A DNA stretch of 63,912 nt, the filler included, from Octopus bimaculoides (taxonomy: Eukaryota), in NCBI RefSeq assembly GCF_001194135.2. It is 5 parts of 4 records of this genome, joined end to end, with 100 filler letters (N's around TTAATTAATTAA, not from the genome) between each part and the next. Parts side by side here need not be neighbours in the genome. Positions count along the whole stretch, not along the records: positions 23,628 to 49,555 come from NC_068999.1; positions 49,656 to 55,987 come from NC_068995.1; 3 more parts are not named here. One strand, 5' to 3'. Position numbers and translations under genes: made by a program. Under the pieces are notes generated by a model. That model was not told the origin of the DNA. It made no database searches and saw nothing but the letters and a program-made list of their open reading frames with translations. Positions 38,536 to 51,364 of this stretch are shown here, piece by piece (positions within the stretch are counted from its first letter, which is position 1; each line of letters begins with the position of its first letter).

Positions 38536-41500
38536 TTTAAAAGCAGGTTTATCCAAACATGACTTTAGAAAGAGCATTCAGCCATAGAAATCGTACCAAA
38601 GCAGAGCATGGCACAATCCTCTGGCTTGCTGGTTCTTGTTTAATTGTCAACTCTGTGACAGCATGGAAAACAAAATTTTAAATGATAACAAGGAGGAGGA
38701 ACATTGAAAAGCGGGAGGTAAGAGTATTTTGTTAGTGTAGTTGTTAACAATGTCAATTGAATGTATCTGTTAGGTATGTCTTGTACAGAGCAAAATGAAT
38801 TTAATTGACAAGGATAACTTTTACAATGTAAATGGAAAGTAACATCAATTTCAGGAATATAACATTATCAACCTTGGAAAAATGAAATGGGAAGTCGACC
38901 TTGGTGGCATTTGAACAATCAGTGTAAATACCATACATGCAACTAATCATTCTGTGTGCTACACTATTGGTTCAGCAAAGAACCACCTAATAAAATGGAA
39001 GGTAGCATGAATAAATAGGTGAATGAATATTGCATAACATCTGAATGGGTTTTGTTCAATAACATATGTTTCACAAGCTAGTTTTCATAGCCATTATAAA
39101 TGAATAGAGAACACACAGTGAAACAATTGCAGTTGATTTCAGCTTGGCAACCTATGGTCTCTTCATCAATTACATTATTATGTACTGGCATTTTGTCATT
39201 GTAATGACAATCTATGGAACAAGTATTGACATTCATGTGTGACTGGTATTTCCCAGTTTCTCAGCTGTAACTACATCTATTGTGACTTTTCATGAGCAAT
39301 ATTAGAATAATGACCTTACCCTTAATTACATAGCAAACATAAGGTCCTTTGTTGAAAAACACATTGTGGTTGATAATTTCATTAAGAGCTTCTGTTGAAA
39401 CTTTCAATATCAACCTGTCTCAAATCACTTCTAGTTATGTAAGACAGAACCCTCAATTTTAAAATGTCCACATATAAATGAAAACCTTGCATCGTAATTT
39501 TATAGGAAACTTTCGTCTAGGTTATTTTCCAAATAGCACCCTAATAATGATCACATTAGTTATTTTACTAAGTCCTCCAGAATTCTTCTGCATTTCCAAA
39601 ATTAATTGAAGACATAATATGTTTTATGAAAATAATGGTGACAAGAACATATAATATATTTTATGATAAATATGGTCATGAGATGGTAAATGAAATGATG
39701 TAATATTAAGATGAATGCATGCATTAGATCTATGTTCACAAAATACGGTCACTCCATGAATAAAACGATATTTACTTATATATGTTGCTATTGTTGCTTA
39801 GACCAAGGTCAATTTTTAGCCAAACACATACACCAAAAGACATTCCAGACAGTTTTTAACAAATTGTATCTAAAATGCTATTATCCATTGTTATATTATT
39901 TAAGACAGGATGATATGATTCAGGGAGATTTAGCTATCATGTTAGAGCACATTTATATTGTCTCCCCATTAGCTCCAACTCTCCATATTTGATCAATTTT
40001 TATCATGAAGCCCTTGATTCACTAACATCTTTAATTGTTCATCTACACACCCTCAATAAAGAGTTTGTCATTCATTCATAACAAAACTTATAAATGCCCA
40101 AATCTATTTTTGTCCTGCTATGAATACTTGTCTCCTCACCACATTCATCTAAAGTGAAAAGCTTAGATCAATGTAGTATCCATTCTCTTATCATTTGCTG
40201 CTGACTCCAAAACTCCTTGCTAGAGATTGTCAGCAACACATTCCAGTCATGGTCATCCTGTCTTTATATATATGTATATAAAGAACATTGTACAATGTGA
40301 CAGTTATTTAATGCAATGGAGTGTGATTCGAGGAAGATTTGGTTGCTATTTCTGGCATGTACATGTAAAATAAAGTAGCCACAGTGAAGATCCTTTGTTG
40401 GCTCGTCTATAAGTCAGTATATTTTGGCAGTTGGCATGGTAGAGGTTGGCAAGACTGAATTAGTCAGAAAATGATATTAGAAGCAGTATGGGTTGGTACA
40501 GTTGAATTAGACAGCAAGGAGTGACAGCAAGATCAATGTACATTGGTAGCAGCGAATCAGGAAGGGGTCAACAGTTGTTGTTCCTGTGAACCCATGAATG
40601 ATGAAATTACAAATTCATTGTAAGGATTTTGTAGTGTTTCACTTCATTTTCGGTAACCAGAGCCAATAAATTCGTTTCCAATTCCTAATTGGGTGTATTC
40701 TCATTACACTTATATTCATACTTATTCTCAGGCATATTAGGAACCCTTCATTTTTTCCATTTTCTCCTCCAGCCCCACATAATTCCCCTGAAGATTCAGA
40801 CTTGAACCAAAGCACACAATTAACCCATATCTGACGATAATAAAAGAGAAGTTGCATGAAATAAAAATATTTGAAACAAGGATATATATTACACTTTAAT
40901 TAGAATAAAGATATAATAGTATACTTCAATTAATTTTAATTGAATTGGTATTAATTACATAAAACAGCAATTTATACGGTTCAAAGGGATTGGTTTACAG
41001 TGTTTTTGAAATAGTTTTATGTCTTCCATTTATATTTTTTTCCCTCTCCTGATTTAATGAACTAAAGTGAAAGTAGATTTTAATTAAAGGCAGAGAAAAA
41101 TCAGCTTCCATGTATCTCATTGGAACCATAAAGTTTATCAGTAAATTACAAACATCCTAAAGTTTTATTTTTTATTGGCAAATTAAAACAAACTGAATGT
41201 TTCATGTATTTTATTAGTATTTATATATGTATTTTAAAGCAGTAGTTTTCATTTTATTTCAATTTTGTTTATAGTAAACAAAGCTTCTAAAGAGGATAAT
41301 TGCCTCTGACTGGGAGCAGATGCATTCTAAGAGTTCTTTGGATTATCATTCTTCACCTTAATCCATCATCTACTTAAAAAGTATAACATTTTGGTTAATG
41401 TGTATCAGCCTCTATCAGCTGCTCTCATCCAACAGCAGCAATATCTTCTGAAGCAATGAGATATTCAACATTTTAACCCAGATCTCCGCTATTGTTTCAA

Positions 41501-41981
41501 TTCATTGATTGTATTTGTTTGCTTATCAGACAAAAGATGTTTCCACTCGTTTTTTTAATTTGTTTTAAATATCCTTGCAATTCGTTAGTATCTGCATTTG
41601 AAGAATACCAGTTTGGTGCCACTATAAACCAATTCAAAATTCAGATAAGTTCTTCAGTGTTTCAGACTGGTAAAGAAATCTTATTCTGTATTAATTGCCA
41701 GGAAAAATTACAAAATAAGGCTTGAAAAAATATATATAAAAAAAAGTATATCATGGAATTAGTAAATGCCTTGGCTGATGATGATGATGATGTACAAATT
41801 AGATATAAATAAACAGAAGGTTGTGTGTTGCAAAAAACTGTACTTTTAGAGAAAATACATTACATGCTAATAAGAAATTCAAATGAGTTAGGAATTACTC
41901 TTAAAGCAGGTTTTGAAACGTATACTTATATTTTAAATAGAAGTGGTAAGCTTGAGCATTGAAAAAAGGTTGTCAACTCAC

Positions 41982-43208
41982 CAGAAGTCTGAGTTTGGGA
42001 TATCATTTCAATTTTTAGATAGTTAAGCTGCCTTCTTTCCCTGCAAAATACTCCATTATTCTGTAATATCTGTTCAGATGTTTGAGATGAAGAAAGAATT
42101 AGTGATCACAGGTGAACTAACATACACTTAATAATCTACATCACAGGTTTGGCTGTGTGGTACAAATGTCTTGTTTTCATAAGTTTTGAATTAACATCTT
42201 TCACCAAACCTTAGTCACAATTTATGTTCCTAACACAAGATGAATGATAATTAAGTTATTTTACTAAATTCTTTGTTATATTTACTGTAATTGAAATAAA
42301 CACATATCATCTCAAAATAAATACAGTTACAAAAGGGTTGAGCCTGCTTCACGAAAGCTTGCTTGAAAGCATAATGTGTAAATAATTGAATTTATGCAAA
42401 ACAAAATATTGAATTTTATTACCAATGGGTCCAAATGGATGTATTTCTCTTGGAGACAAATTGAAGCACTCTCTCTCCCTCTCTAGAATTATTTAAGAGC
42501 AATTCTTTTTATATTCAAGTGAAACACATTTGTAAGCCAATGTTGCAGTATTGGAATTTGGTAGAAAGTTTGAGCAGAATGTGATTTCTTTGATGGGTTT
42601 AAATTGCAATAAAGTTGTATACAGTAAAATTTGGTGAGATTTAATTGAATTTAGAGCAATCTTTAAAGGATAAGGTTCCTAACACATGACATAATAAGTC
42701 AAAATAGGATTTAGAATTCTTTTGAATTCCATACTTTGTGTTAGTGCACCGACTATGGGTTTTTGTTCTAATGGTTATTGTTTTGTTGAAGATTTGTCTA
42801 AGGAAATGCCAATGGAGAAGACTGTATGCATTTGACCTCCTAGAAATAGATGTTAAATTTATGTCATATTACATCTTAAAGTCTTAAAATAGGCAGATTG
42901 CATAGAATAATTTATTCAACTGACTGAGGGAAGACAGCCTTGTTTGTCACAGCTGGGAAGTCTTTCGTCATTGGTCTGTTCAATGTGGGTAGACCTGTGA
43001 CTAAATAACAATTGGAAATAAGAGACATAGCTTTTGTTTCAATCAGCTGGAATAAAAATTTTTATAGCAATGATGATGATGACATAAATAATAATAATAA
43101 TAATAATAATAGACAATAAGAAGAGCACAATGGTGCTCATTGTATTGTCTATTTACTTTCTTGAAGAGTTACATCAATTCTTTTAAAATAATAATAGTAA
43201 CAACATAA

Positions 43209-43244
<36 letters not shown>

Positions 43245-44420
43245 TTATAATAATAATCATGGCAATAGTTTTAAAATAATATTAATGTTTAGCAACTTTG
43301 AATATCAACTTCCACATAAATTGCTAAATTTGGAAAAACGTGTTTACTTTCAGTGTGTAGAATTCAATAAATTTGGTAGATAATAACTTGATTAGGGTGA
43401 ATATGCTAATTTCCTGTTTGGAACTTTGTAGGTTTTGACATCGCATACATCAGTGATCGACTCATTAATAGGTCAGAGTTAGGAAAATAAATTTTCTTTC
43501 GTGACATGCATGCTAGTTTGACTGTTCCAAACTGTCCACTTAAAGTCATTTAGGTGCTTTATTGATTGCTGTTACAAGAGAATGGCATTTAAACTGATAC
43601 TTAATTACTTTTCATTCTTTTCTCTAATATTAATTCTATTTGGAAGAAAACCATTTCTTTGGAGCTTGCATATAATAAAGGTCTTAAGCATTGCGAAAGA
43701 GCTATGAAATATTCATAAAGTACCACATCAAAACAAATTTATATGATATAAGTTGGCAGAAAGTTTAATTTCACATCAAAGTGTCAGGATTAATATAATT
43801 CTGGGGATATAAGAGCAGATATTTTGTAATTTCTTCAAGTTATGGTACTTAAAATTCTAATTCACCTCTTATTTGGTTTGATTTGCTAATTGCATAATGA
43901 ATAATTATTGATTGGCAAGGAAACCTATAGAATCCACTGAGATTATTTAATATAGCATCAGGGACATCGTATTTTATTTTGATTGCATTCATAGCTGTTC
44001 TATGGTTGTCCAGAACTTTTAATAAATCAAGTATGTCTTGTGTTGTTTGCTTAATAACTTTGTATTGCAACATTGCACGAAATTCTAGTTTCTCTTCAAT
44101 AACTCATCTTCAACAGATGGCTGTTTTATAGCAATGATTAACTTAATTTTGGGTGGAATAATATGATAAATTAACTCAATAATTATGAAATAAACATTAA
44201 CTGTCATTTATTCTTTTACTGGTGTGGTTATCATTTTATGGTGCAAAGAGTGAAAATGGCTTCATTAAAAAGTTCTTCTCAACAAAGTGACAAGTTGGAA
44301 TTACCGAAGGCCAGAGTGGCTTCCACTCAGTGTAGAACAAATGTCACAGCAGACTGAAAAAATGTTTGTTTTTTTCCAATTCCTTCAAAAATGTCTACAT
44401 TTCATGCTGCCAACATACAT
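41982..44420 (-). pseudogene. copy M large helical-looking exon, with internal repeat insertions
   Basis: Includes track ORF 43849-44073 (LQYKVIKQTTQDILDLLKVLDNHRTAMNAIKIKYDVPDAILNNL) and its in-frame continuation ELEF*VP*LEEITKYLLLYPQ. The 43020-42480 frame has ~180 codons with 5 internal stops. Ends at CTG|GTGAGT (41981-41976). Confidence 0.6.
42160..42350. mobile_element. probable non-autonomous insertion within copy M
   Basis: AT-rich block ending AAAGGGTTGA, lying between two minus-strand coding-like blocks and breaking them. Family not established. Confidence 0.35.
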
Positions 44421-44487
44421 TAGCATAGTGCACACATCAACAAACTCATACATACATCCATAAATCTACACACACTCATACCTCTGA

Positions 44488-44530
<43 letters not shown>

Positions 44531-44786
44531 NNNNNNNNNNNNNNNNNNNNNNNNNNNNNNNNNNNNNNNNNNNNNNNNNNNNNNNNNNNNNNNNNNNNNN
44601 NNNNNNNNNNNNNNNNNNNNNNNNNNNNNNNNNNNNNNNNNNNNNNNNNNNNNNNNNNNNNNNNNNNNNNNNNNNNNNNNNNNNNNNNNNNNNNNNNNNN
44701 NNNNNNNNNNNNNNNNNNNNNNNNNNNNNNNNNNNNNNNNNNNNNNNNNNNNNNNNNNNNNNNNNNNNNNNNNNNNNNNNNNNNNN

Positions 44787-44828
<42 letters not shown>

Positions 44829-45559
44829 AACACACACACACACACAAGGTATAGGTGTGGCTATGTGGTAAGAAGTTTGCTTTTCACCAACATGGTTCCT
44901 GGTTCTATCTCACTGCATGCCACCATGGGCAAGTGTCTTCTGTTATAGCTTCATGCCAGCCAAAACCTTATAAGTAGATTTCTTTGAAAGTAGCCTGTCA
45001 TGTGTGCGAAGGGAGAGAAGATGAAATACTAATACAAAGAGAAGTAGTGAGAGTAATAGCCATGACTGAGAGGGAGTGAGAGAAAGTAAAGACAATGAGA
45101 AAGACGAAACGAAGTGGCAGAGAGAGCATCGTATGAAGGAGAAAGGAAGGGGTGGTAGATGTATAACGAAAGAAGGAGTGAAAAAGCCGATAAATGGCGT
45201 TTGAAGTGTGAGTATATGTGTGTAAAAGAGAGGTATGTGTGTGTGTGTGTGTGTGTACAATGGAAATGGGATGGTGATATTCAATGCTGAATATATGTGT
45301 GTGTGTGTTTCATGTACAAGAGAACTATGTGAAACTTTAAATATACATATAAAGTAAAGAAAATATAAAGAATACTCTAGGGTCCGTGTCTGGTAGTGGA
45401 TCAATCCCAAAGATCTAATGAGACTGTGCCAGTCATGAGGTCAAACATCCATGAAAGTTTCATCCGAATCTATCCAACAGTTCTTGAGAGATCTTGTCCA
45501 CAAATAGACAAATAGACAAAAACGACTGAAAACAATACATCCACCTTCGGATGTAAGGT

Positions 45560-45955
45560 GGCGGCAATGATTCTAATTTTGGCACAAGGCCAGCACTTTT
45601 GAGGGAAGAAGTCAAACACGTAGACCCCAATGGCTTGCCTGGTACTTATTTTACCGACCTTGATGCTAGGCAAAGTTAACCTTTGTAGCATTTGAACTCA
45701 GAGTGTAGAGTCACTAAAGTGCTGGTGAGTATTTTGTCCAGCACAGTGACAATTCTGCCAGCTCATTGTCTTAATAATAATTATTGCCATCTTTACTGCT
45801 GTAGGCACAAGCAGTGAAAGTTTTGGAATGGAAGCCAGTGGAATTTCATTGATCCCAGTGCAGTACTGTTTTTTTTTTATGTTTGTTTTTTTTTTCCCCC
45901 TTGACCCAAGAGACTGAAAGTCAAACCTGAGCTTGGTAGAGTTTGAAAACAGAAT
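45560..45955 (-). mobile_element. two adjacent CpG-decayed family A SINEs
   Basis: TTTTGGCACAAGGCCAGC...GCATTTGAACTCAG...TTCTGCCAGCTC (45560-45770), followed by a second partial copy (45790-45955). Confidence 0.65.
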
Positions 45956-46905
45956 ATAAAAACCCAAAAGAAATACCAAAATTTATTTGTGTGTGTGTGT
46001 GAGAGAGAGAGTTTGGATGGTGGAAGGTAGCAGAAGCTGTGTGAATAGGTTTAAATGCAGCTTTAATGTTCCAAATGAAGAGAGGCCTTTATAGTAGACA
46101 GAAAATAGGCAGACAGACGTTATGTGTGTTACAGGGTGAAGTGTATCTGCAAGAATGCACTGTCCAATGTCTAGTAATTCTTCGTTAGTTTCTAATTTAA
46201 ATGCAATTAGCTCCCATTCAGTAAACAAGAAGCAACAGAATAGATTTGTTTGTCTTTGTTTGCTATTTTTTTTTTAAAACTGTTTCTAATACTAATCTGG
46301 TATCAGCATAATCTGAGTTTGGTCTGCATCATCATGATTAATATATTTATTCAGGTTGTATTGTGAACCAAACAAGTATTTTAATCCGACGAACGGGGCA
46401 GCTGATGTAAGATATTGAGCAGTAAAGTGTAAGATGTACTGACATTTCAGAGAGATGCTCATTGTCAAAATGAAGAGAAGAACAGGAATGGTAAAACAAA
46501 ACCAGAAAAAGAAAATCCAAGTTTGTGGTTATTAAATAAGAAGCATGATGGCTAAATGGAGACAGGAAGAAAATGAGGCTTAATAGTTTTAGTAGGGAAA
46601 TATAAGCTGTAGAAACCTTGCCAAACAATAGAGCTTGGTCCAGTCCTTTGGCTTGTAACCACCTGTTTAATCGTCCAACCCATGACAGGATAGAAAATGG
46701 ATGTTAAATGATAGTGAAATGATTACAATACACAAACACACACACACGAATGCAGGTGTGGCTGTGTAGCAAGAAGTTTGCTTGCCAATCACATAATTCC
46801 AGGTTCAGTCCTGCTGCATGGCACATTGGGCAAGTGACTTCTACCATAATCCAGGTGAACCAAAGCCTCATGTGTGGATTTGGGTGGAAAATGAAGGAAG
46901 TCCCT

Positions 46906-46945
<40 letters not shown>

Positions 46946-47826
46946 GATACATACACACGTATGTGTGTGTGTGAGTGCTTGTGTTTCCTTGCCTTGACAT
47001 CAGGTGAGAGTCATATATAAGTGTCACTGTCGTACAAGCAGGGTCATTCATTCCCTTTCAATATTTTTTGAGAACCTGGGGAAAATATTACCTAGAAGGG
47101 GAACAGGTGTTGGTGGGGAGAGAAAGGGTATACAACTCTAGAAAATCTGCTTTAAATAAACTCTTTTCAACCCATGAGAAGCATGGAACAGTGAACATTA
47201 AAAGATGACGACAATGATGATATATTTTATATACGTGTATATGAATTTATGTGTGTGTATGTATGCAGGTATATGAATTTGTAACTATGTATGCATTTAT
47301 GTATGTATATGAATTTGTGTGTTGCAAAAGTGATTGCTTAGTGCATAGCACTGGCACGAAGTCAAACTTTAAATGGTTCATGGATCAACCAGAGAAAAGA
47401 CATTGGTTGAACAGGAACAATCACAGAGACTCTAGCCAAAATATGGTATGCATTTTGTGTACGCCTTTACAAGATTGTCTCTCCGTGTATGTATTCATAT
47501 GAGATACTCTACATGTATGTGAACTGTAGTGTGAAGTGGTGAAGTCTCAAATGCAACAACTGGGCCAGTATGATACGAAATATTAATTCTTGTTATGGTT
47601 AAAAAAATAATAAAAGAAAGAAATGGTTTTTGTCATTCTCCTTTTTATGATGTGTTGGTTCCATCGATTTTTTTCTCTTTGTGTATTTTCCATCAAGTGT
47701 TTCTCTGATTAAAACAATAATTTACTCTTGGAGACTTACTTGCTAGACTGTAATTACTAAAATATCATTTTATCATTTTTAGCGTAAGTTTAGAAACCAA
47801 AAATTAACTTTACTTTAATCTAATTA

Positions 47827-47857
<31 letters not shown>

Positions 47858-47876
47858 CTGTCTGTCTGTCTGTATG

Positions 47877-47911
<35 letters not shown>

Positions 47912-47948
47912 GTGTGTATGTAAAGAGAGATAGATAAATATATATATC

Positions 47949-47995
<47 letters not shown>

Positions 47996-48013
47996 AAGAT
48001 TCANNNNNNNNNN

Positions 48014-48056
<43 letters not shown>

Positions 48057-48134
48057 AAGATTCAGTTGAATAGGTTGGTTAAAGTTTAGGTAGTGGGTTA
48101 GGTAAGAATAAAAGGCATACACAGTAATTATACC

Positions 48135-48460
48135 TGAATACCAGCTTCAGTACAGAAGTACAGGTAGAAGGATACTCAGGTTGTGTAATGCAATTAATTG
48201 AACCCAACTGAGTATATCATCAGTCCTTGAGCTACACGGAAACATTTTATTAAATATGCAGCCCCTAATATACTTCAGGAGATGGAGGGGAAAGGCCTTG
48301 TTGCAAATGTAAACATGGGATCTGATGATACGCCACAAAGTTAAAACTTTTGTGAACGGGAAACCCAGGGTAACCCCATACACTGTCTTTCTCCAGTAAA
48401 AACATAGACAGCTCTACTTCTCAGAGTGTACTTCTTCTCTGGATTTATGTATTCTAAAAA
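48135..48460 (-). pseudogene. possible additional upstream exon of copy M
   Basis: FLEYINPEKKYTLRSRAVYVFTGERQCMGLPWVSRSQKF is protein-like and ends near a TTCAG|GTATAA donor-like site. Phase could not be reconciled with the other exons. Confidence 0.3.
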
Positions 48461-48476
48461 CGATATATATATATAT

Positions 48477-48634
48477 AGGAGTGGCTGTGTGGTAGGTAGC
48501 TTGCTTACCAACCACATAGTTCCGCGTTCAGTCCCACTGCGTGGTATCTTGGGCAAGTGTCTTCTACTATAGCCTCGGGCCGACCAAAGCCTTGTGAGTG
48601 GATTTGGTAGACGGAAACTGAAAGAAGCCTGTCA

Positions 48635-48669
<35 letters not shown>

Positions 48670-48679
48670 NNNNNNNNNN

Positions 48680-48738
<59 letters not shown>

Positions 48739-48930
48739 CTGTGTTTGTCCCCCTAGCATTGCTTGACAACCGATGCTGGTGTGTTTATGTAGCCGTCACT
48801 TAGCGGTTCAGCAAAAGACAACGATAGAATAAGTACTAGGCTTACAAAGAATAAGTCCCGGGGTTGATTTGCTCGACTAAAGGTGGTGCTCCAGCATGGC
48901 CACAGTCAAATGAGTGAAACAAGTAAAAGA
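48477..48930 (+). mobile_element. SINE family B, full-length bipartite copy with internal (TA)n(TG)n
   Basis: tRNA-like head GGAGTGGCTGTGTGGTAGG...GTTCAGTCCC, CTTGGGCAAGTGTCTT block, microsatellite, then a right arm ending GGTGCTCCAGCATGGCC...GAAACAAGTAAAAG. Confidence 0.85.
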
Positions 48931-49655
48931 GTAAAAGAGTATATATTTATAAGCACACATACATATGTATGTATATGCATGATTAGAAAAGGATGTTCAT
49001 TATATATATATTTATATATATATATGGTGCCACATGAAAAGCATGAATGCTGGTGTCACATACTAAATATCCAGTACACTCTGAAAAGCAGATGGTGCTA
49101 GGAAGTGCATCCAACTGTAGAAACCAGACAAAACAATGAAACATGGTGCCTTTCCTGACCTGGCTAGCTCCTATTAGAATGTCCAACTCATGACAGCATG
49201 GAAAACAGTCGTTAAATGGTAATAATGATGATCATGAGATATATATCACACTTATATTTTACAAAATATTTTCTTAAATGAAAAATTAGAAACTTTATAA
49301 AAATTTTACAGTGAACATAATAACAAGTATTTATGAAAAAAGTGTTCATAATGTATAAGTTGTTTTTTAGTTGCTACTAAAAGCACCTTCCTCTCTACTA
49401 ATCACTCTATAACATGTGTTTTAAAAGCTATAAACAGTGAAAACAATCACACATTACGCACATTTCTTTCCAAAAGATTTGTTTAAGACTGTTTAATCTA
49501 AGTTTTTTTTTGTTTTATATAATTAATAATTTTTCATTTGAGGAAACCTTTCTTCNNNNNNNNNNNNNNNNNNNNNNNNNNNNNNNNNNNNNNNNNNNNT
49601 TAATTAATTAANNNNNNNNNNNNNNNNNNNNNNNNNNNNNNNNNNNNNNNNNNNN

Positions 49656-49716
<61 letters not shown>

Positions 49717-50211
49717 ATATAAAGAAAATTAGGAGGTATGAGATTAATATATTATTTCACCAGTTGATATTCATAAGATTATGATCGTTTCGCAGCCAAG
49801 ATCATATAAGAATGATTTATTTTAGTGTATTATAAATAATTTTACATGTCTGCACTAGTGTATATGCTATAAATTACATAGTATTATTGTACATTTTATT
49901 AGCTAATACATGTATAGAAGGCTAGCGTATCACATCTATAAAATGTCATAGTTACCTCCATTCTTCAACTCCAATATGCACATACAAAACGTCATATTTG
50001 AAATATTAATATAAGGAAAACGATAATTAATGAAATAGTTATTTTTTTATATTGTATTTACTCCTTATAAAATAATCATTGCTGATTAGATTTATTGGAT
50101 TTCAACTGTGTCGGATTACACATTACTCCCCTATGTATTCGTTTACTACGTGATTTGTAGCCTGGAGCTTTTTTGTGAATATCACCGGATTATATAAATC
50201 CATATACTCTG

Positions 50212-50247
<36 letters not shown>

Positions 50248-50314
50248 CCATTGTTATGATCAGCCATTATTATGATTGACCGTTGACTGGACACTAGTCA
50301 ATTTTTTTTCTCCG

Positions 50315-50460
50315 TGTTTTTCTCCTTGTCTCCGTATTCTTTCTGTTGAAGAGCGTAGCTCGAAACGTCAAAGACTTTCCGTATTCCCGAGCGTCATACT
50401 AATACATCCTTTTGTTATTTACACCACCTGTCCTCGTCTGTTGTTGTTTTTTCGTATATT
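50315..50460 (+). mobile_element. Penelope-like terminal-repeat fragment (copy 2)
   Basis: Homologous to 7160-7295, with the same core motif. Confidence 0.5.
50338..50374 (+). ncRNA. minimal type-I hammerhead-like motif (variant core)
   Basis: UCUUU-CUGUUGAA-GAG(CGUAG)CUC-GAAA-CG-UC-AAAGA: same helices, GUC triplet at 50367-50369. Confidence 0.45.
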
Positions 50461-51364
50461 CTCCCATATATATATATGTATATATATATCGGTATGTATG
50501 TATGTATGTATGTATGTATGTATGTGTGTGCGTGCGTGCATTTGTGTTTCTTCCCCACCATCGCTTGACACCCGGTGTTGGTCTGTTTATGTTCTGGTAA
50601 TTAAGCAGTTAGGCAAAAAGATGGGTCGAATAACTACCAGACTTAAAAAAAAAGTATTGAGGTCGATTTGCTTGACTAGATCATCCAAAGCGATGCTCCA
50701 GCATGGCTGCAGTATTAGTGACTGAAACAAGTAAAAGATAAAGATTTAAAAATTTAAAAATGTGTATTCTATGCAATTCTGCTTAATTTTGTAATAACTT
50801 CCCTGTGTTCTATATTTTTAGAGTGATTTGTTTTACTGTATCTTATGTTTTTATATAAACTGTTTTTTTTTTCAATTAAGAACATCACGGAAGACAGTTC
50901 AAGCATAGAGAATTGATTTTTGCTTGTTTAACTTGAAATACTTCAGTTTTCAACGTACAGCTGTTCATGTTTAGCGTCGATGTTTTTATTCTTCTATCAA
51001 CTACTATTCCCATAATATATATTCATGCACACACGCTGTTGTATCTATCTAGTAAGTTCTGAAAATTCTCTTTGAATGTAGCTTACATTCTACTCCCCTG
51101 TTCTTGTCAAGACAACAATGGAGGAGAAAAAGAATATATAAAAAAATACAAAAGCAAACAATGTAAAATATGCAAAAATAGTAACATTAAAGCAACAATT
51201 ACGTCTCAGGACATTTGATATTTGAATATTTAATTTAAAATCTCTGAAAGGAATCAAACAACCATTCTGTTGTTTGTTGTTTAACTCTATACCAACCGTA
51301 ATTAAGCAGATCAACGATCAGAGGCGTTCAAACGTAACTTCTTGAACTTCATTACTCTATACTA

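Larger units (their letters stand above)
32950..46330 (-). pseudogene. decayed, intron-containing copy M of the same unidentified gene family (may extend to ~48460)
   Basis: Minus-strand protein-like frames with scattered stops and frameshifts at ~46330-46020, 44420-41982, 41666-41300, 40257-39930, 39620-39000, 37575-37011, 34210-33715, 33508-33446 and 33088-32950. Canonical GT-AG introns with matching phase at 41981-41667, 33714-33509 and 33445-33089. Confidence 0.75.

Noticed and set aside
40418-40474. Plus-strand Walker A-like YILAVGMVEVGKTELVRK
   Set aside because: Immediately followed by stops, with no further NTPase motifs; likely chance.
32950-46330. Idea that A-to-I editing rescues the stops (UAG/UGA/UAA to Trp) and copy M is functional
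   Set aside because: Multiple frameshifts cannot be edited away, and two aligned TGA positions correspond to Arg, not Trp, in the paralog.
47467-47484. LQDCLS as possible MyoD helix III
   Set aside because: Lacks the SL..LS.IV..I pattern and the ORF starts in microsatellite sequence.
47953-48064. Direct duplication of (TA)n-CCAAGATTCA across a 10-N gap
   Set aside because: Typical unresolved contig overlap at a microsatellite.
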